From NCBI GenBank assembly GCA_041675385.1, contig JBAYTY010000009.1, forward strand, positions 14,237 through 78,236: a DNA stretch of 64,000 nt, given 5' to 3'. This DNA comes from Candidatus Obscuribacterales bacterium (GTDB taxonomy: Bacteria > Cyanobacteriota > Vampirovibrionia > Obscuribacterales > Obscuribacteraceae). Positions 53,835 through 62,906 of the stretch are shown piece after piece. Numbering within the stretch: the first letter of the stretch is position 1; each line of letters starts with the position of its first letter. The position numbers and the translations under genes are program-made. The notes beneath the pieces were generated by a model. It did no database searches. It was given only the letters and a program-made list of their open reading frames with translations, and was not told where the DNA came from.

Positions 53835-54539
53835 CTATGCCTCAAATTGGAGCAATTGCATCAGTTTTGTCAGTGCCGGTGTTGGGGATTGCCGATTGAC
53901 GCAGCGCCATTTGAGGTAAAAGGGCAATTTATGGCTGTAGTGCTCTTCGAGCATTTCGAGGATGGCTTTTTGTTGTTTCGCGTTCGTGACCTCAAAAGCT
54001 TCCACTAGCGGCTCTATTGCTTTTTCGTGTTTGAGCCAGCCCAGTAGGTATATTGCTGCCACACGCCTTGGGTGTGATGACAAATTCAATTCGCTCACCA
54101 AGTTGTTGAAGGGGGCGCGCTTGGCTATTTCTTTTAAAACTTGTTTGGCTCGATTAATACTTAAATGTCCGGAGCCGGTGCTGACATTTTCTATCATCAT
54201 TTGCACAACTAGAGCCCGCCATTCAGGGCTTTTTTCGGCAAATTCAAGAACGATATTGAGGATTGGTGTTTCGCATGTCTTGAGCTTAGCGGCTGTAGGC
54301 ATTGTGCTTGAAATGGCGGCGTTCTGAATGGCGCGAATGGTGCGCAGGGCCATTCCTAAGGCAGTTTCCATCACATGTAAATCGCTGGCTCTGGCTGCCA
54401 CCGACAGGTACATATCTAGACGGGCCTGGGGCGAAAGTTCTTGGGGCTCAATTATAAGTGGAGTACTTACTGGAGCGATATAGTTTGCTATGGCCGACAG
54501 CGAGGCTACTGCTCCTTCGGAGTATTCGTTAATTGACAT
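53835..54539 (-). CDS. HEAT-repeat-like protein
   Basis: HEAT/PBS-like repeats are present (..RRVAAIYLLGWLKHEKAIEPLVEAF..). The track ORF start at 54680 would translate a tandem DNA repeat, so the ATG at 54539 (MSINEYSEG) is preferred. Confidence 0.6.
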   Translation of the reverse strand: MSINEYSEGAVASLSAIANYIAPVSTPLIIEPQELSPQARLDMYLSVAARASDLHVMETALGMALRTIRAIQNAAISSTMPTAAKLKTCETPILNIVLEFAEKSPEWRALVVQMMIENVSTGSGHLSINRAKQVLKEIAKRAPFNNLVSELNLSSHPRRVAAIYLLGWLKHEKAIEPLVEAFEVTNAKQQKAILEMLEEHYSHKLPFYLKWRCVNRQSPTPALTKLMQLLQFEA

Positions 54540-54577
54540 TTGCTGTGCTACCCGTTGTCCTTTTTTGTTCTGACTTG

Positions 54578-54645
54578 CTGGATTTTGTCTTTCTAGAATT
54601 TGTCTTGCTAGAACTTGTCTTGCTAGAATTTGGCTTGCTAGGTGC
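54578..54645. repeat. Tandem 15-bp repeats (CTAGAATTTGTCTTG) in the divergent promoter region
   Basis: Three full units lie at 54593-54637, with degenerate flanking units. Confidence 0.85.
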
Positions 54646-54722
54646 TCGCGTATACCGAATGTAGTTTGGCAAAATGACAATTACGTTACAGTGCCTCAAA
54701 TCGCTATAATCACTTTGTTGGC

Positions 54723-55409
54723 TTGGGAGTATCTGGCTTGTCAAAGGTTCTAGTGGTCGAAGACGATCAATCTATCGCTCAAGTAGTCAAAGACGCACTG
54801 ACTGAAGCGAAGTACATGGTCGATATGGTGCACAACGGCGCCGATGCCCGTGCCTACTTGAACTCGGTCAACTACGATTTAATTGTCATGGACTGGCAGT
54901 TGCCTGACACTACCGGCATTGCCCTCACTACTGAGTTCAGAGCCAAAGGTGGAGCCACCCCAGTGTTGTTCTTGACTGGGAGAAATAGTGTGCCTGACCG
55001 TATAACCGGTCTTGACTCTGGTGGTGACGACTATCTGACTAAGCCGTTTGACATCCGCGAATTATTGTCGCGAGTGCGGGCCTTATTGCGCAGACCAACT
55101 CCAGTTACTTACAAAGCTTTGAAAGTGCGCGAGCTAGAACTTGACCCGGTGCAGCACGTGGTCAATCTCAATGGTGCTGAAATAAAGCTCTATCCCAAAG
55201 AATTTTCTCTATTAGAATTGTTCATGCGCCACCCTCAGAGAGTATTTTCGGGAGACGAATTGCTCAATAAGGTGTGGCCGACAGATTCTGATGCTTCTAT
55301 CGAAACGGTGCGCACCACAATTTTGCGCTTGCGCCAAAAGATAGAGACAGACCCGGATAATCCTTTGGTGAGGACCATCCGGGGCGTCGGTTATCGCTTA
55401 GAGCCTTAG
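54723..55409 (+). CDS. OmpR/PhoB-family response regulator, paralog of 53104..53778
   Basis: VLVVEDD, LIVMDWQLP and a winged helix ending ..GVGYRLEP. The exact TTG start is uncertain. Confidence 0.93.
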   Translation: MGVSGLSKVLVVEDDQSIAQVVKDALTEAKYMVDMVHNGADARAYLNSVNYDLIVMDWQLPDTTGIALTTEFRAKGGATPVLFLTGRNSVPDRITGLDSGGDDYLTKPFDIRELLSRVRALLRRPTPVTYKALKVRELELDPVQHVVNLNGAEIKLYPKEFSLLELFMRHPQRVFSGDELLNKVWPTDSDASIETVRTTILRLRQKIETDPDNPLVRTIRGVGYRLEP

Positions 55410-55422
55410 CCTTGGTCTAATC

Positions 55423-56688
55423 TTAGTCTTGCTCTTGGGCGCGTAGCTGATCCATGCGGGCCTTGAATGCTGGATTGATTGCCTCAAGTTTTTCAATGTT
55501 GTTTGAAACAGGCATGATGAAACCTACATAGAGGCGGTGGGTGTCGTGTCCGGTGGTGATGTTCTTTAATTGGTTGGCGAGAAGATTCATTTCGCGTGTC
55601 TCGTCGGCCGAATAGTGATGGTCAATTTTGATACCGAGCAGGCGGCAGGCTACGTGGCTGTAACCCTCATTTGGTCTCAGTGTCGCCATGTCATCAAGGC
55701 GATTTTTGAGATCGTTATCGCAGACGTCTGGTTTCTTGTTCTTCGCATTCTCATTGTCATCCTTGGCGTTTTCAATGCGGTCAATTTCGTCTTGTCTTTG
55801 TTCTGCTTCGAAATTGCTCTGGGTCTCAGATACCTCATCACTGGCTACATCTCTATGGGGGGTGAAATCATCTTGGGGGCTATAGCCAGCTCTGCGATCA
55901 ACTTTATCGATGTTGATGCCTCTGAATGGTCCGTTTTTAATGGTTGGTTCATCGCCTTTCAATAGGCTATGAACAAAGCGGGCGTTGCGCTCGTTGTATA
56001 CCTCGTCTTCTTGGCCGTTGGCCGCACGCTCTTTGTAATCGTGCAAGAAAGCTTTGTAGTCGCTGCGGCTGAGACGTCCGTTTTCTTTGCGTGAAGCATC
56101 AAGGGTGTGCATCAGAGCGCCATTGTTCTCGTATAGAGGTGAAGAGGCATCAGCTGTCATATCGTGTTTTAGTTCACGCTTGCCTTGGCGATTATTTTGT
56201 CTGTCCCATTTGCTTAAGTCAGCATCTTCTATAGCGTCTCGATCGACTTGCCATGCTTTAGCCGTGTGAGCCACTTGATCGTAGAAACTTTGATTACCTT
56301 TTGGTGATGGAATGGTGCTTCTGAGATTGTCAGCAAATAGTGATTCAAAAGTGATGCCTTGGCCACTGGCCTGGCGTTCGCGCGATTGCCGCTGTACATC
56401 TAAAACTTCATTTTTGCTGACGATGCCATTGCCGTCTTGATCGAAGGCACCTTTGTTATCTCTGACAAATGCCACGGTGAGGTTAGGTAGATGACCAGTG
56501 CGCTCCAGCTCTCCGGCAACACTCTTCCAGTAATTATCGTGCTGCTGAATCGATTTGAATGAACCATCATCTTTAGTGGCTTCAAATTCATTGCGCATGT
56601 TCTGCACTGCTGATTCAGGGCCGCCTGCCAGGGCGTGGTGATAAAGTGTTTCAGCGTTCTTTACCGGATCTGGCTGGTCGTATGACAT
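55423..56688 (-). CDS. Hydrophilic 421-aa protein with one EF-hand-like loop
   Basis: DQDGNGIVSKNE matches the 12-residue EF-hand Ca-binding loop pattern. No signal peptide is present and no other family was recognised. Confidence 0.6.
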   Translation of the reverse strand: MSYDQPDPVKNAETLYHHALAGGPESAVQNMRNEFEATKDDGSFKSIQQHDNYWKSVAGELERTGHLPNLTVAFVRDNKGAFDQDGNGIVSKNEVLDVQRQSRERQASGQGITFESLFADNLRSTIPSPKGNQSFYDQVAHTAKAWQVDRDAIEDADLSKWDRQNNRQGKRELKHDMTADASSPLYENNGALMHTLDASRKENGRLSRSDYKAFLHDYKERAANGQEDEVYNERNARFVHSLLKGDEPTIKNGPFRGINIDKVDRRAGYSPQDDFTPHRDVASDEVSETQSNFEAEQRQDEIDRIENAKDDNENAKNKKPDVCDNDLKNRLDDMATLRPNEGYSHVACRLLGIKIDHHYSADETREMNLLANQLKNITTGHDTHRLYVGFIMPVSNNIEKLEAINPAFKARMDQLRAQEQD

Positions 56689-57015
56689 GTGAGATTCCTC
56701 CAGTGGGAAGTGTTCGGGGGGAGATTTGGAGGTTTTCGCCTCTCAGTGATGTCAATATAGGTAGCGAATATAACAACTGCATTGCAGTGTTTGAATTTTT
56801 TTTGGATTTTCGCCTGCGATTTTCCCGGCGGCATTATATAGAAGGGCTGAGTGCTGATTTGACTGTGCAAGTTCAGCTTGATGTCAGATCAATGTCACGT
56901 CATTGTTATTTAGCAGAAGCATTATGACAGTGTGAGGCCGATCAATTAGATGCAGCGCGCTGGGGCAATCGTGATGACGGCCATCGAAAAGTTTCATCGG
57001 GGGATGGAAGTGGGG

Positions 57016-57048
57016 GAGACAGGTAAAACTGTCTCTCTCTCATTTTTT
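57016..57048 (+). terminator. Orphan plus-strand intrinsic terminator
   Basis: GAGACAG, GTAAAA, CTGTCTC, then TCTCTCATTTTTTT. Confidence 0.5.
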
Positions 57049-57118
57049 TGCGCTTGAGCCTGTTTGATTTTGGGTACAATTGCATCGATAGTTTCTTTTC
57101 GCCCCAAGTTCACCTAAC

Positions 57119-57166
57119 CCCAGGTATCACTTAACCCAGGTATCACTTAACCCAGGTATCACTTGC
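57119..57166 (+). repeat. Three tandem 16-bp repeats (CCCAGGTATCACTTAA) abutting the esterase start codon
   Basis: cccaggtatcacttaa x2, then cccaggtatcacttgc, ending 2 nt before the ATG at 57169. Confidence 0.9.
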
Positions 57167-57168
57167 TC

Positions 57169-58188
57169 ATGCCCCGCGATTCAGTTGCCGGTTTACATAA
57201 TCACAAGCAAGACAGCGTGTCCGAGCATGTCAGAGCGGGAGATGCTGAAGGTGGCAGTGCCGCAGATCTCTCTGCTGATACCTGGAATCAAATGCGCGGC
57301 GAAAAGTCTGTAAAAGATAAAGGCGCAAAAGTTGAGTTTCCCGATCCTGCTAAGGTCGAGAAGGGCAGTACTGTGCCGATTTCGGTTTCAGTTGATGGCA
57401 CGCCTCGCAGCGTCTTCATGCATGTTCCCGAAAATTACAACGCGGCAGAACCGGCTTCTGTGCTTGTTGTGTACAACGGTTGGGGCGACAAGCCGGGACC
57501 AGGTGGCACCAAGGCTGGCGCTGCAGGCCTAGAAGAGCTTACAGGTTTGAGTAAAGAAGCTGACAAAAACGGCATGTTTGTGCTTTATATGGGCGGCAAT
57601 CCGAATAAAGATCTCTCGTTCAACAACGGCCAGTACCCGTTTTCGAAGACTGACGATGTCGGCTACACGGCTGCCGTACTCGATCAATTGAACAACAACT
57701 ATAATGTTGATTTGGAGCGCATTACCTTGACTGGCTATTCTCAGGGGGCTAGTTTCGCTCATAGAGCGGCGGCCGAGCTGCCGGAAAAATATCGACCAGC
57801 AAACTTAGTCGATATTAGTGGCTGGACAACTGGTAAAGAAGTAAAAGTACCAGCCGGAATGAATTTCATGTCAATTCAGTCGGAGAAAGATACGGTTGCG
57901 CCAATTGACGGAAGATGGTTTGGATTGCACATGGATTCAGAAGAGAAGACCCTGCAGCGCTATCTCAAAGCAAATGGTATTGATCAGCCCAAGGCCCTTG
58001 CCGTTGACGGATCTGCGGCAGCTGTTCATGAGAAAGAATGGCGTGCCCCATCAGGAGCCGAGATTAAGAGTATTACGCTGCCTGGTTTCAAGGGCCACGA
58101 CTGGCATGGCAGTGTCGGTTCCGAATCCACGCTTAACGCCACTAAAGAACTGATCGAGTTTATTCGAAACAAGAGACGTGAAAATTAA
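57169..58188 (+). CDS. Alpha/beta-hydrolase esterase (PHB depolymerase/LpqC-like family)
   Basis: GYSQGASFAHR is a GxSxG nucleophile elbow. It is a paralog of 59473..60456. The N-terminus is uncertain, with no signal peptide and no clear SD. Confidence 0.75.
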   Translation: MPRDSVAGLHNHKQDSVSEHVRAGDAEGGSAADLSADTWNQMRGEKSVKDKGAKVEFPDPAKVEKGSTVPISVSVDGTPRSVFMHVPENYNAAEPASVLVVYNGWGDKPGPGGTKAGAAGLEELTGLSKEADKNGMFVLYMGGNPNKDLSFNNGQYPFSKTDDVGYTAAVLDQLNNNYNVDLERITLTGYSQGASFAHRAAAELPEKYRPANLVDISGWTTGKEVKVPAGMNFMSIQSEKDTVAPIDGRWFGLHMDSEEKTLQRYLKANGIDQPKALAVDGSAAAVHEKEWRAPSGAEIKSITLPGFKGHDWHGSVGSESTLNATKELIEFIRNKRREN

Positions 58189-59467
58189 AGGCTTGTCTGT
58201 GGCGATTATTGGTGGCGGTCCAGCTGGCCTTATGGCAGCAGAAGTGCTCATCAATGCCGGCAGCAGTGTTGATGTCTATGAGGCAATGCCAACACTTGGT
58301 CGTAAGTTTTTGCGGGCTGGCTTGGGTGGTCTCAACATTACCCACAGCGAAACATTTACTGACTTTTGCTCGCGTTACGGCGATAGACAGAGTCATATGC
58401 AGCCGTATTTAGATGCCTTCCCGCCTGACCGCCTGCGCCACTGGGTACATGGGCTTGGTATTGAGACTTTTGTCGGCAGCTCCGGCCGCGTATTTCCTAC
58501 AGAAATGAAGGCTGCACCACTTTTGCGAGCTTGGGTTCATCGACTGCGCAGCGCCGGTGTGCAATTTCATTTGAATCACCGCTGGCTTGGTTTTGACGGT
58601 GATGGAGGCAGCGCCTGTGACAAAGGCAGAGGCCAAGGCAGCGCCAAAGACAGCGCTTATTCATTGCGCATAGCCGGTCCAACAGAAGAGTTTTTCATAC
58701 GGCCTAAGGCGGTCATTCTCGCCCTTGGCGGCGCCAGTTGGCCACAACTAGGTTCCACAGGCACTTGGGCACCCTGGCTGCAAGAGCGCGGCGTTGAAAT
58801 GGCACCCTGGCTTAGTGCCAATTGTGGTTTTGATGTAGGCTGGAGTGCTCATTTGCGTGAGAAGTTTCCCCACTATCCGCTTAAGTCTGTGGCGCTTACT
58901 TTTACTGATTTGCATGGCATTACTGAAAGTCGCCAGGGCGAGATACTGATTAGCGAATACGGCGTAGAAGGCAGTCTAATTTATGCCTTTTCGCGGCGGC
59001 TGCGCGATTATCTCAACGAGCACGGGGAAGCTACTTTTACTTTAGACCTTCTGCCTGCTCGCAGTGCTGAACGGGTATTGGCAGACCTAGCACGCCCTCG
59101 TGGTTCAAAGTCTATGTCAAAGCATTTGCAGAGCTGCCTCAAGATAGATGGCTTGAAGAGTGCATTGCTGTATGAATTTCTCAGTCGCGAGCAGATTAAC
59201 GATGCATCAGTGTTGGCGAAATACATAAAGGCTTTGCCTATAACTGTGCGCTCTACTCGGCCTATCGCGGAAGCTATCAGTACCGCTGGTGGTGTGTGCT
59301 TTAGCTCGCTTGATCAAAATCTCATGCTCAAAGCGCTGCCAGGTGTTTTTGTCTGCGGTGAAATGATCGATTGGGAAGCTCCAACCGGTGGTTATCTACT
59401 CACTGGCTGCTTCGCTACTGGCCGGAGGGCTGGGCAAGGGGTGCTGAATTGGTTGCAAGCAAATTAA
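58178..59467 (+). CDS. HI0933/BaiN-like FAD-dependent flavoprotein
   Basis: VAIIGGGPAGLMAA is a dinucleotide fold, with GRKFLRAGLGGLNITH and C-terminal GGYLLTGCFATG. It overlaps the esterase gene by 11 nt. Confidence 0.85.
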   Translation: MKIKGLSVAIIGGGPAGLMAAEVLINAGSSVDVYEAMPTLGRKFLRAGLGGLNITHSETFTDFCSRYGDRQSHMQPYLDAFPPDRLRHWVHGLGIETFVGSSGRVFPTEMKAAPLLRAWVHRLRSAGVQFHLNHRWLGFDGDGGSACDKGRGQGSAKDSAYSLRIAGPTEEFFIRPKAVILALGGASWPQLGSTGTWAPWLQERGVEMAPWLSANCGFDVGWSAHLREKFPHYPLKSVALTFTDLHGITESRQGEILISEYGVEGSLIYAFSRRLRDYLNEHGEATFTLDLLPARSAERVLADLARPRGSKSMSKHLQSCLKIDGLKSALLYEFLSREQINDASVLAKYIKALPITVRSTRPIAEAISTAGGVCFSSLDQNLMLKALPGVFVCGEMIDWEAPTGGYLLTGCFATGRRAGQGVLNWLQAN

Positions 59468-59472
59468 CCGTA

Positions 59473-60456
59473 TTAGCTGCTTCTTCCGACTAAAGTATTG
59501 GCTCGTTTGCTCTTACCTTTAAGAAAATCCCAAATTGTGTCAGTGGCGTTTATCGCGGCAGACTCTGCTCCTTTGCCGCCAAACCACTTGTGACCAGAGT
59601 TCTGAATGGTGACATAGCGAAATTCGGTGCCATTTTCATTGCACTTTGATATTTCGGTTTTTATATCGCTTCCATCAACTGCCTTTGTGGTAAATAGCTC
59701 TGGCTCTGTGTCTATGCTGCCGCGGCTGCGATAAAATTTCTTCAATTCTTCTTGCGGTTTCATTTTTAACCACCAAGAGCGGCCATTTAGTGGCACGGTC
59801 GGATCCTTTTCGGAGTGGATCTCGATGCATGAGTATGGGCTGTCAGTGGGCTTTTGCTCTTTGCCGGTTAGCCAACCGCCAACAGAGGCTACGGCCGCTA
59901 TTTTCTCTGGAAAGGTCGTGGCATAGCGATGAGCGAAACTGGCACCCTGTGAATAGCCAACAAGATAAGGCTTTTCGTGATTTATGTGAAGGCTGTGGTT
60001 GAGTACTTCAAGCACTCGATTGGTAAACTCAAGGTCATTCTGCTTGCTGAAGAACCATTGACCGTTGTTCCAAGAGTATTTATTGCTTTGATTACCATCG
60101 AGATAGACAACAATGAAATTTTCTTTGTCGGCTTTTTCGCTCAAACCAGTAAACTGTTCAGTTCCTTCAGCACCAGCCTTGGTATTTCCTTGGCCAGATT
60201 TGGCTCCCCAGCCGTTAAAGACAATCATTACGGCAGTAGGTCTAGTGCTGCTGTACCTAGCTGGCACGTGCTGAAAATATTGTCTCACTTTGCCATCAAT
60301 CGTCACTGTTTCTCTGGTGGTTTTCCCCGGCGCGATCGTGGCCGAATTAATGCGAAATGCCTGACTCGCCATTGCCTTAGATTCGCTATTAAAAAATATG
60401 CCGGCCGCGATCAATGAAGCCATTGGCAATAATTTGTTGAGCATGCTGCCGACCAT
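59473..60456 (-). CDS. Secreted alpha/beta-hydrolase esterase (PHB depolymerase/LpqC-like), paralog of 57169..58188
   Basis: A signal peptide is present, with GYSQGASFAHR and shared blocks FNGWG..G..TKAGA.G. Confidence 0.8.
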   Translation of the reverse strand: MVGSMLNKLLPMASLIAAGIFFNSESKAMASQAFRINSATIAPGKTTRETVTIDGKVRQYFQHVPARYSSTRPTAVMIVFNGWGAKSGQGNTKAGAEGTEQFTGLSEKADKENFIVVYLDGNQSNKYSWNNGQWFFSKQNDLEFTNRVLEVLNHSLHINHEKPYLVGYSQGASFAHRYATTFPEKIAAVASVGGWLTGKEQKPTDSPYSCIEIHSEKDPTVPLNGRSWWLKMKPQEELKKFYRSRGSIDTEPELFTTKAVDGSDIKTEISKCNENGTEFRYVTIQNSGHKWFGGKGAESAAINATDTIWDFLKGKSKRANTLVGRSS

Positions 60457-60562
60457 TTCTATTTGAGCCTTGAGAAGGGCAGAGATATGACTATTGCTGG
60501 TCTTATCGGTTTAACCCGCAAGAAGAGACTGAATAATTGCCTATAGGTTCCCCGCCACGAAA

Positions 60563-60874
60563 ATGTCGGTTCTAAAGAGCTTTGCATGGGTTAAGATCAA
60601 GCAACGTCGGTTAAGGGTGTATCAAGTAGCTATGTCCAATGATAAAAGCACTGCCGGTAGTGACTTTGAATCGCTCAGTAGTATAGGCACCTGTTATATG
60701 GCCGCTGACGGCACGTTGATACTGAAGCTGAGGGCCACTGAAGGTCCGGGTGGGGTTGTTGGTAGTGCCACCATTACCTATGAGTGTGCCCATCCCTCTT
60801 ATTTAGAAATTTTCGAGCATGTCAAACCGATCTGCCCTGGTGAAACCAAGTCAGTGGCGCCTTGGCCAGACTAG
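60563..60874 (+). CDS. Hypothetical small protein
   Basis: ORF only. The likely start is ATG 60632 (MSNDKSTAG). Confidence 0.45.
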   Translation: MSVLKSFAWVKIKQRRLRVYQVAMSNDKSTAGSDFESLSSIGTCYMAADGTLILKLRATEGPGGVVGSATITYECAHPSYLEIFEHVKPICPGETKSVAPWPD

Positions 60875-62005
60875 CTATTGCTTGATAAAGTCGCGAATTA
60901 AATTGTGAAATTGAAAGACGCCAGCTTCCCAGGTTGGTGAATAGCGACCAGTATCGTAAAGCCTTGATCTGATGCCTTTTTGCACAAGTTCTACAACTTC
61001 TTCGTCTTCCATTTCTGTTTGATTAATGTCTTTGGTGGAGTAATTGCCAAAGCGTTCTTCGCGCCAAACATAAGTAAGAAAGCGAATCTTGGTTGTGTTA
61101 TGGCTCTGAGGCATAACGACGTTGACTGACAAGCCCCAAGGATAGAAGTTGAACATCATATTGGGGAAAAGCCAATAGTAGAAAGCAGCGATTAGTTGAC
61201 CGTGATCAGGCGAAGATGGTGGCAGGTCGAAAGCATCTTCTGCTTTTGAAGCTACACCAATTTGCACATTGCAAAATGGATGAAGATCGGTGTGGTAGGC
61301 CTTGGTATCAAGCAAGGTCACTAGTGAGGGATGAATAAAAGGTACGTGCAATCCTTCTAGATAATTTTCAACATACAGCGCCCAGTTGGCGTTGACAAAG
61401 TAATCGCGGGATAGCTCTGGTGCAAATCTGAATTCTTCTAAAGGCAAGAAGGCTAGGCGCTCTTTCATTTCACCAATCAATTGATCGAGTTCAATGGCTG
61501 GTTTGATGCCAGCGAATAATAGATTTTTCCAGGAACCTAGGGCGGCTTGGGGCAAGCTATCTGAGGCTGCGGGGAAGTCTTCTGCCCCTTCAAACCCAGG
61601 TGCTGACTGGTATGCTCCATCTATGGCAAATCTGCGGCCATGATAGCGGCAGCGAATTGAGCTGTGCTGGCAATTCTTCTCAATTAAGATGCTGCCTCTG
61701 TGTGTGCAAACGTTAGAGAGACAGTGCAGCTTTTCGTTGTCTTGGGTGAGCAAGAGTGGCTCATTGAGGCTGCCTTCAAGTAAGGTGATGGGCGCCATTG
61801 AGCCCGAGGGCACGGGGCAGGCGCTGCTTGCGCTGTTTTCGCTGCTGGCGCCAAAAACAGTTTGAGTGGTGCCGATAAACTGCCAGGAGCGGGCGAATAT
61901 TTGCTCTAGGCTAAGGTCGTACTGAGCCGGGTCAAGATAAAAGTTAGAAGCCATGGTTCTGGCTCGCTCAACTGACTCTTGGCGAATTTTCTGGCTAGTC
62001 ATCAA
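60875..62005 (-). CDS. Rieske [2Fe-2S] non-heme iron oxygenase, alpha-subunit-like
   Basis: The Rieske motifs are CTHRG and CRYHGRRF. A mononuclear iron motif (ENYLEGLHVPFIH) is also present. Confidence 0.85.
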   Translation of the reverse strand: MMTSQKIRQESVERARTMASNFYLDPAQYDLSLEQIFARSWQFIGTTQTVFGASSENSASSACPVPSGSMAPITLLEGSLNEPLLLTQDNEKLHCLSNVCTHRGSILIEKNCQHSSIRCRYHGRRFAIDGAYQSAPGFEGAEDFPAASDSLPQAALGSWKNLLFAGIKPAIELDQLIGEMKERLAFLPLEEFRFAPELSRDYFVNANWALYVENYLEGLHVPFIHPSLVTLLDTKAYHTDLHPFCNVQIGVASKAEDAFDLPPSSPDHGQLIAAFYYWLFPNMMFNFYPWGLSVNVVMPQSHNTTKIRFLTYVWREERFGNYSTKDINQTEMEDEEVVELVQKGIRSRLYDTGRYSPTWEAGVFQFHNLIRDFIKQ

Positions 62006-62110
62006 ATTACCTTGAATTTACCTTGTATTTGTCTTGGTGAAGGGCAAGCTATTTTACCCTGATTGACACTAGTATTGGCTAAACGCCAATTTTCTTCAAT
62101 TCTATTTTCT

Positions 62111-62776
62111 TCAAATCTTTTTCCTAAATACCAAGCAATAGCTGTGGTCATAGCCGTAGCCGCAATCGTCATGCCAACACATTACAATTTCACCCTCGAA
62201 GTTAAGCACTTCCGAAACGGCTCTAGCTATGTCCCAGGCTAGTGTGGTGATGCTGCCATCTTCATGCTTTAAATTTGAAACTTCTAGAATAGCGCGGCCA
62301 TTGGGCTTGAGCTTATCGGCAATTTTGCCATAAATTTTAGTCATGTCTTTGAGGTAGTTGTTGTAGCCTCCGCCCGCTGTGTCTAGGAGTGTAGAGTAAG
62401 CGGTGAAAGGGTTTTCAGTGTGATGCTTGCCCATATAGGGCGGTGAAGTGATGGAGAAATCAATCTCCGGAATTGGTAGAGTATCTAGCGCGGTCGAGTC
62501 TCCGTGCAAGGCTAGCTCTGGATGTTGAAGAATCGACTGAACGTAGTGATGGCGCCCTTGGTCAAACTCAACACCAAAGCAAGTGCGCTTGAGCCGCTCG
62601 GCCACTAGCAGTGTCGTACCGAAGCCCATGAAGGGGTCGAGCACCACATCACCTTCTTTGGTGAATTCTTGCAAGAAGTGCTCAACCAAGGCTTCTGAAT
62701 AGCGCACGTCTTGATTGGCAAACTCTGCAGGCAGTTCTTTGCTCTGGCTGTTTTTTAAGGATAGAAAGGTTTTCAA
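62111..62776 (-). CDS. SAM-dependent methyltransferase with SPPY motif (N6/N4-DNA or N2-G RNA MTase type)
   Basis: The SAM motif VLDPFMGFGTT precedes the catalytic ITSPPY. No restriction-endonuclease-like neighbour is present. Confidence 0.7.
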   Translation of the reverse strand: MKTFLSLKNSQSKELPAEFANQDVRYSEALVEHFLQEFTKEGDVVLDPFMGFGTTLLVAERLKRTCFGVEFDQGRHHYVQSILQHPELALHGDSTALDTLPIPEIDFSITSPPYMGKHHTENPFTAYSTLLDTAGGGYNNYLKDMTKIYGKIADKLKPNGRAILEVSNLKHEDGSITTLAWDIARAVSEVLNFEGEIVMCWHDDCGYGYDHSYCLVFRKKI

Positions 62777-62906
62777 ATTTGCTCCGCAATTATAGTGCTC
62801 GCAAAGTCTAGTTTAGTCTAGTCTGTCGTCGCCAGCTTTCTCGTCGCCTGATCACAAAATAGGGAGCTGCCTGTCGACAACTCCCTATTTCTTTACTAGC
62901 TATTTT

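Noticed and set aside
53835-54680. Full-length track ORF including the SQILARQVLARQILERQ N-terminus
   Set aside because: That segment is the translation of the 15-bp tandem DNA repeat in the divergent promoter region. The internal ATG at 54539 is more plausible.
25893-57166. Tandem repeat arrays as possible CRISPR arrays
   Set aside because: The units are contiguous with no spacers. They are only 11-18 bp long with 2-5 copies, and no cas genes are in the window.
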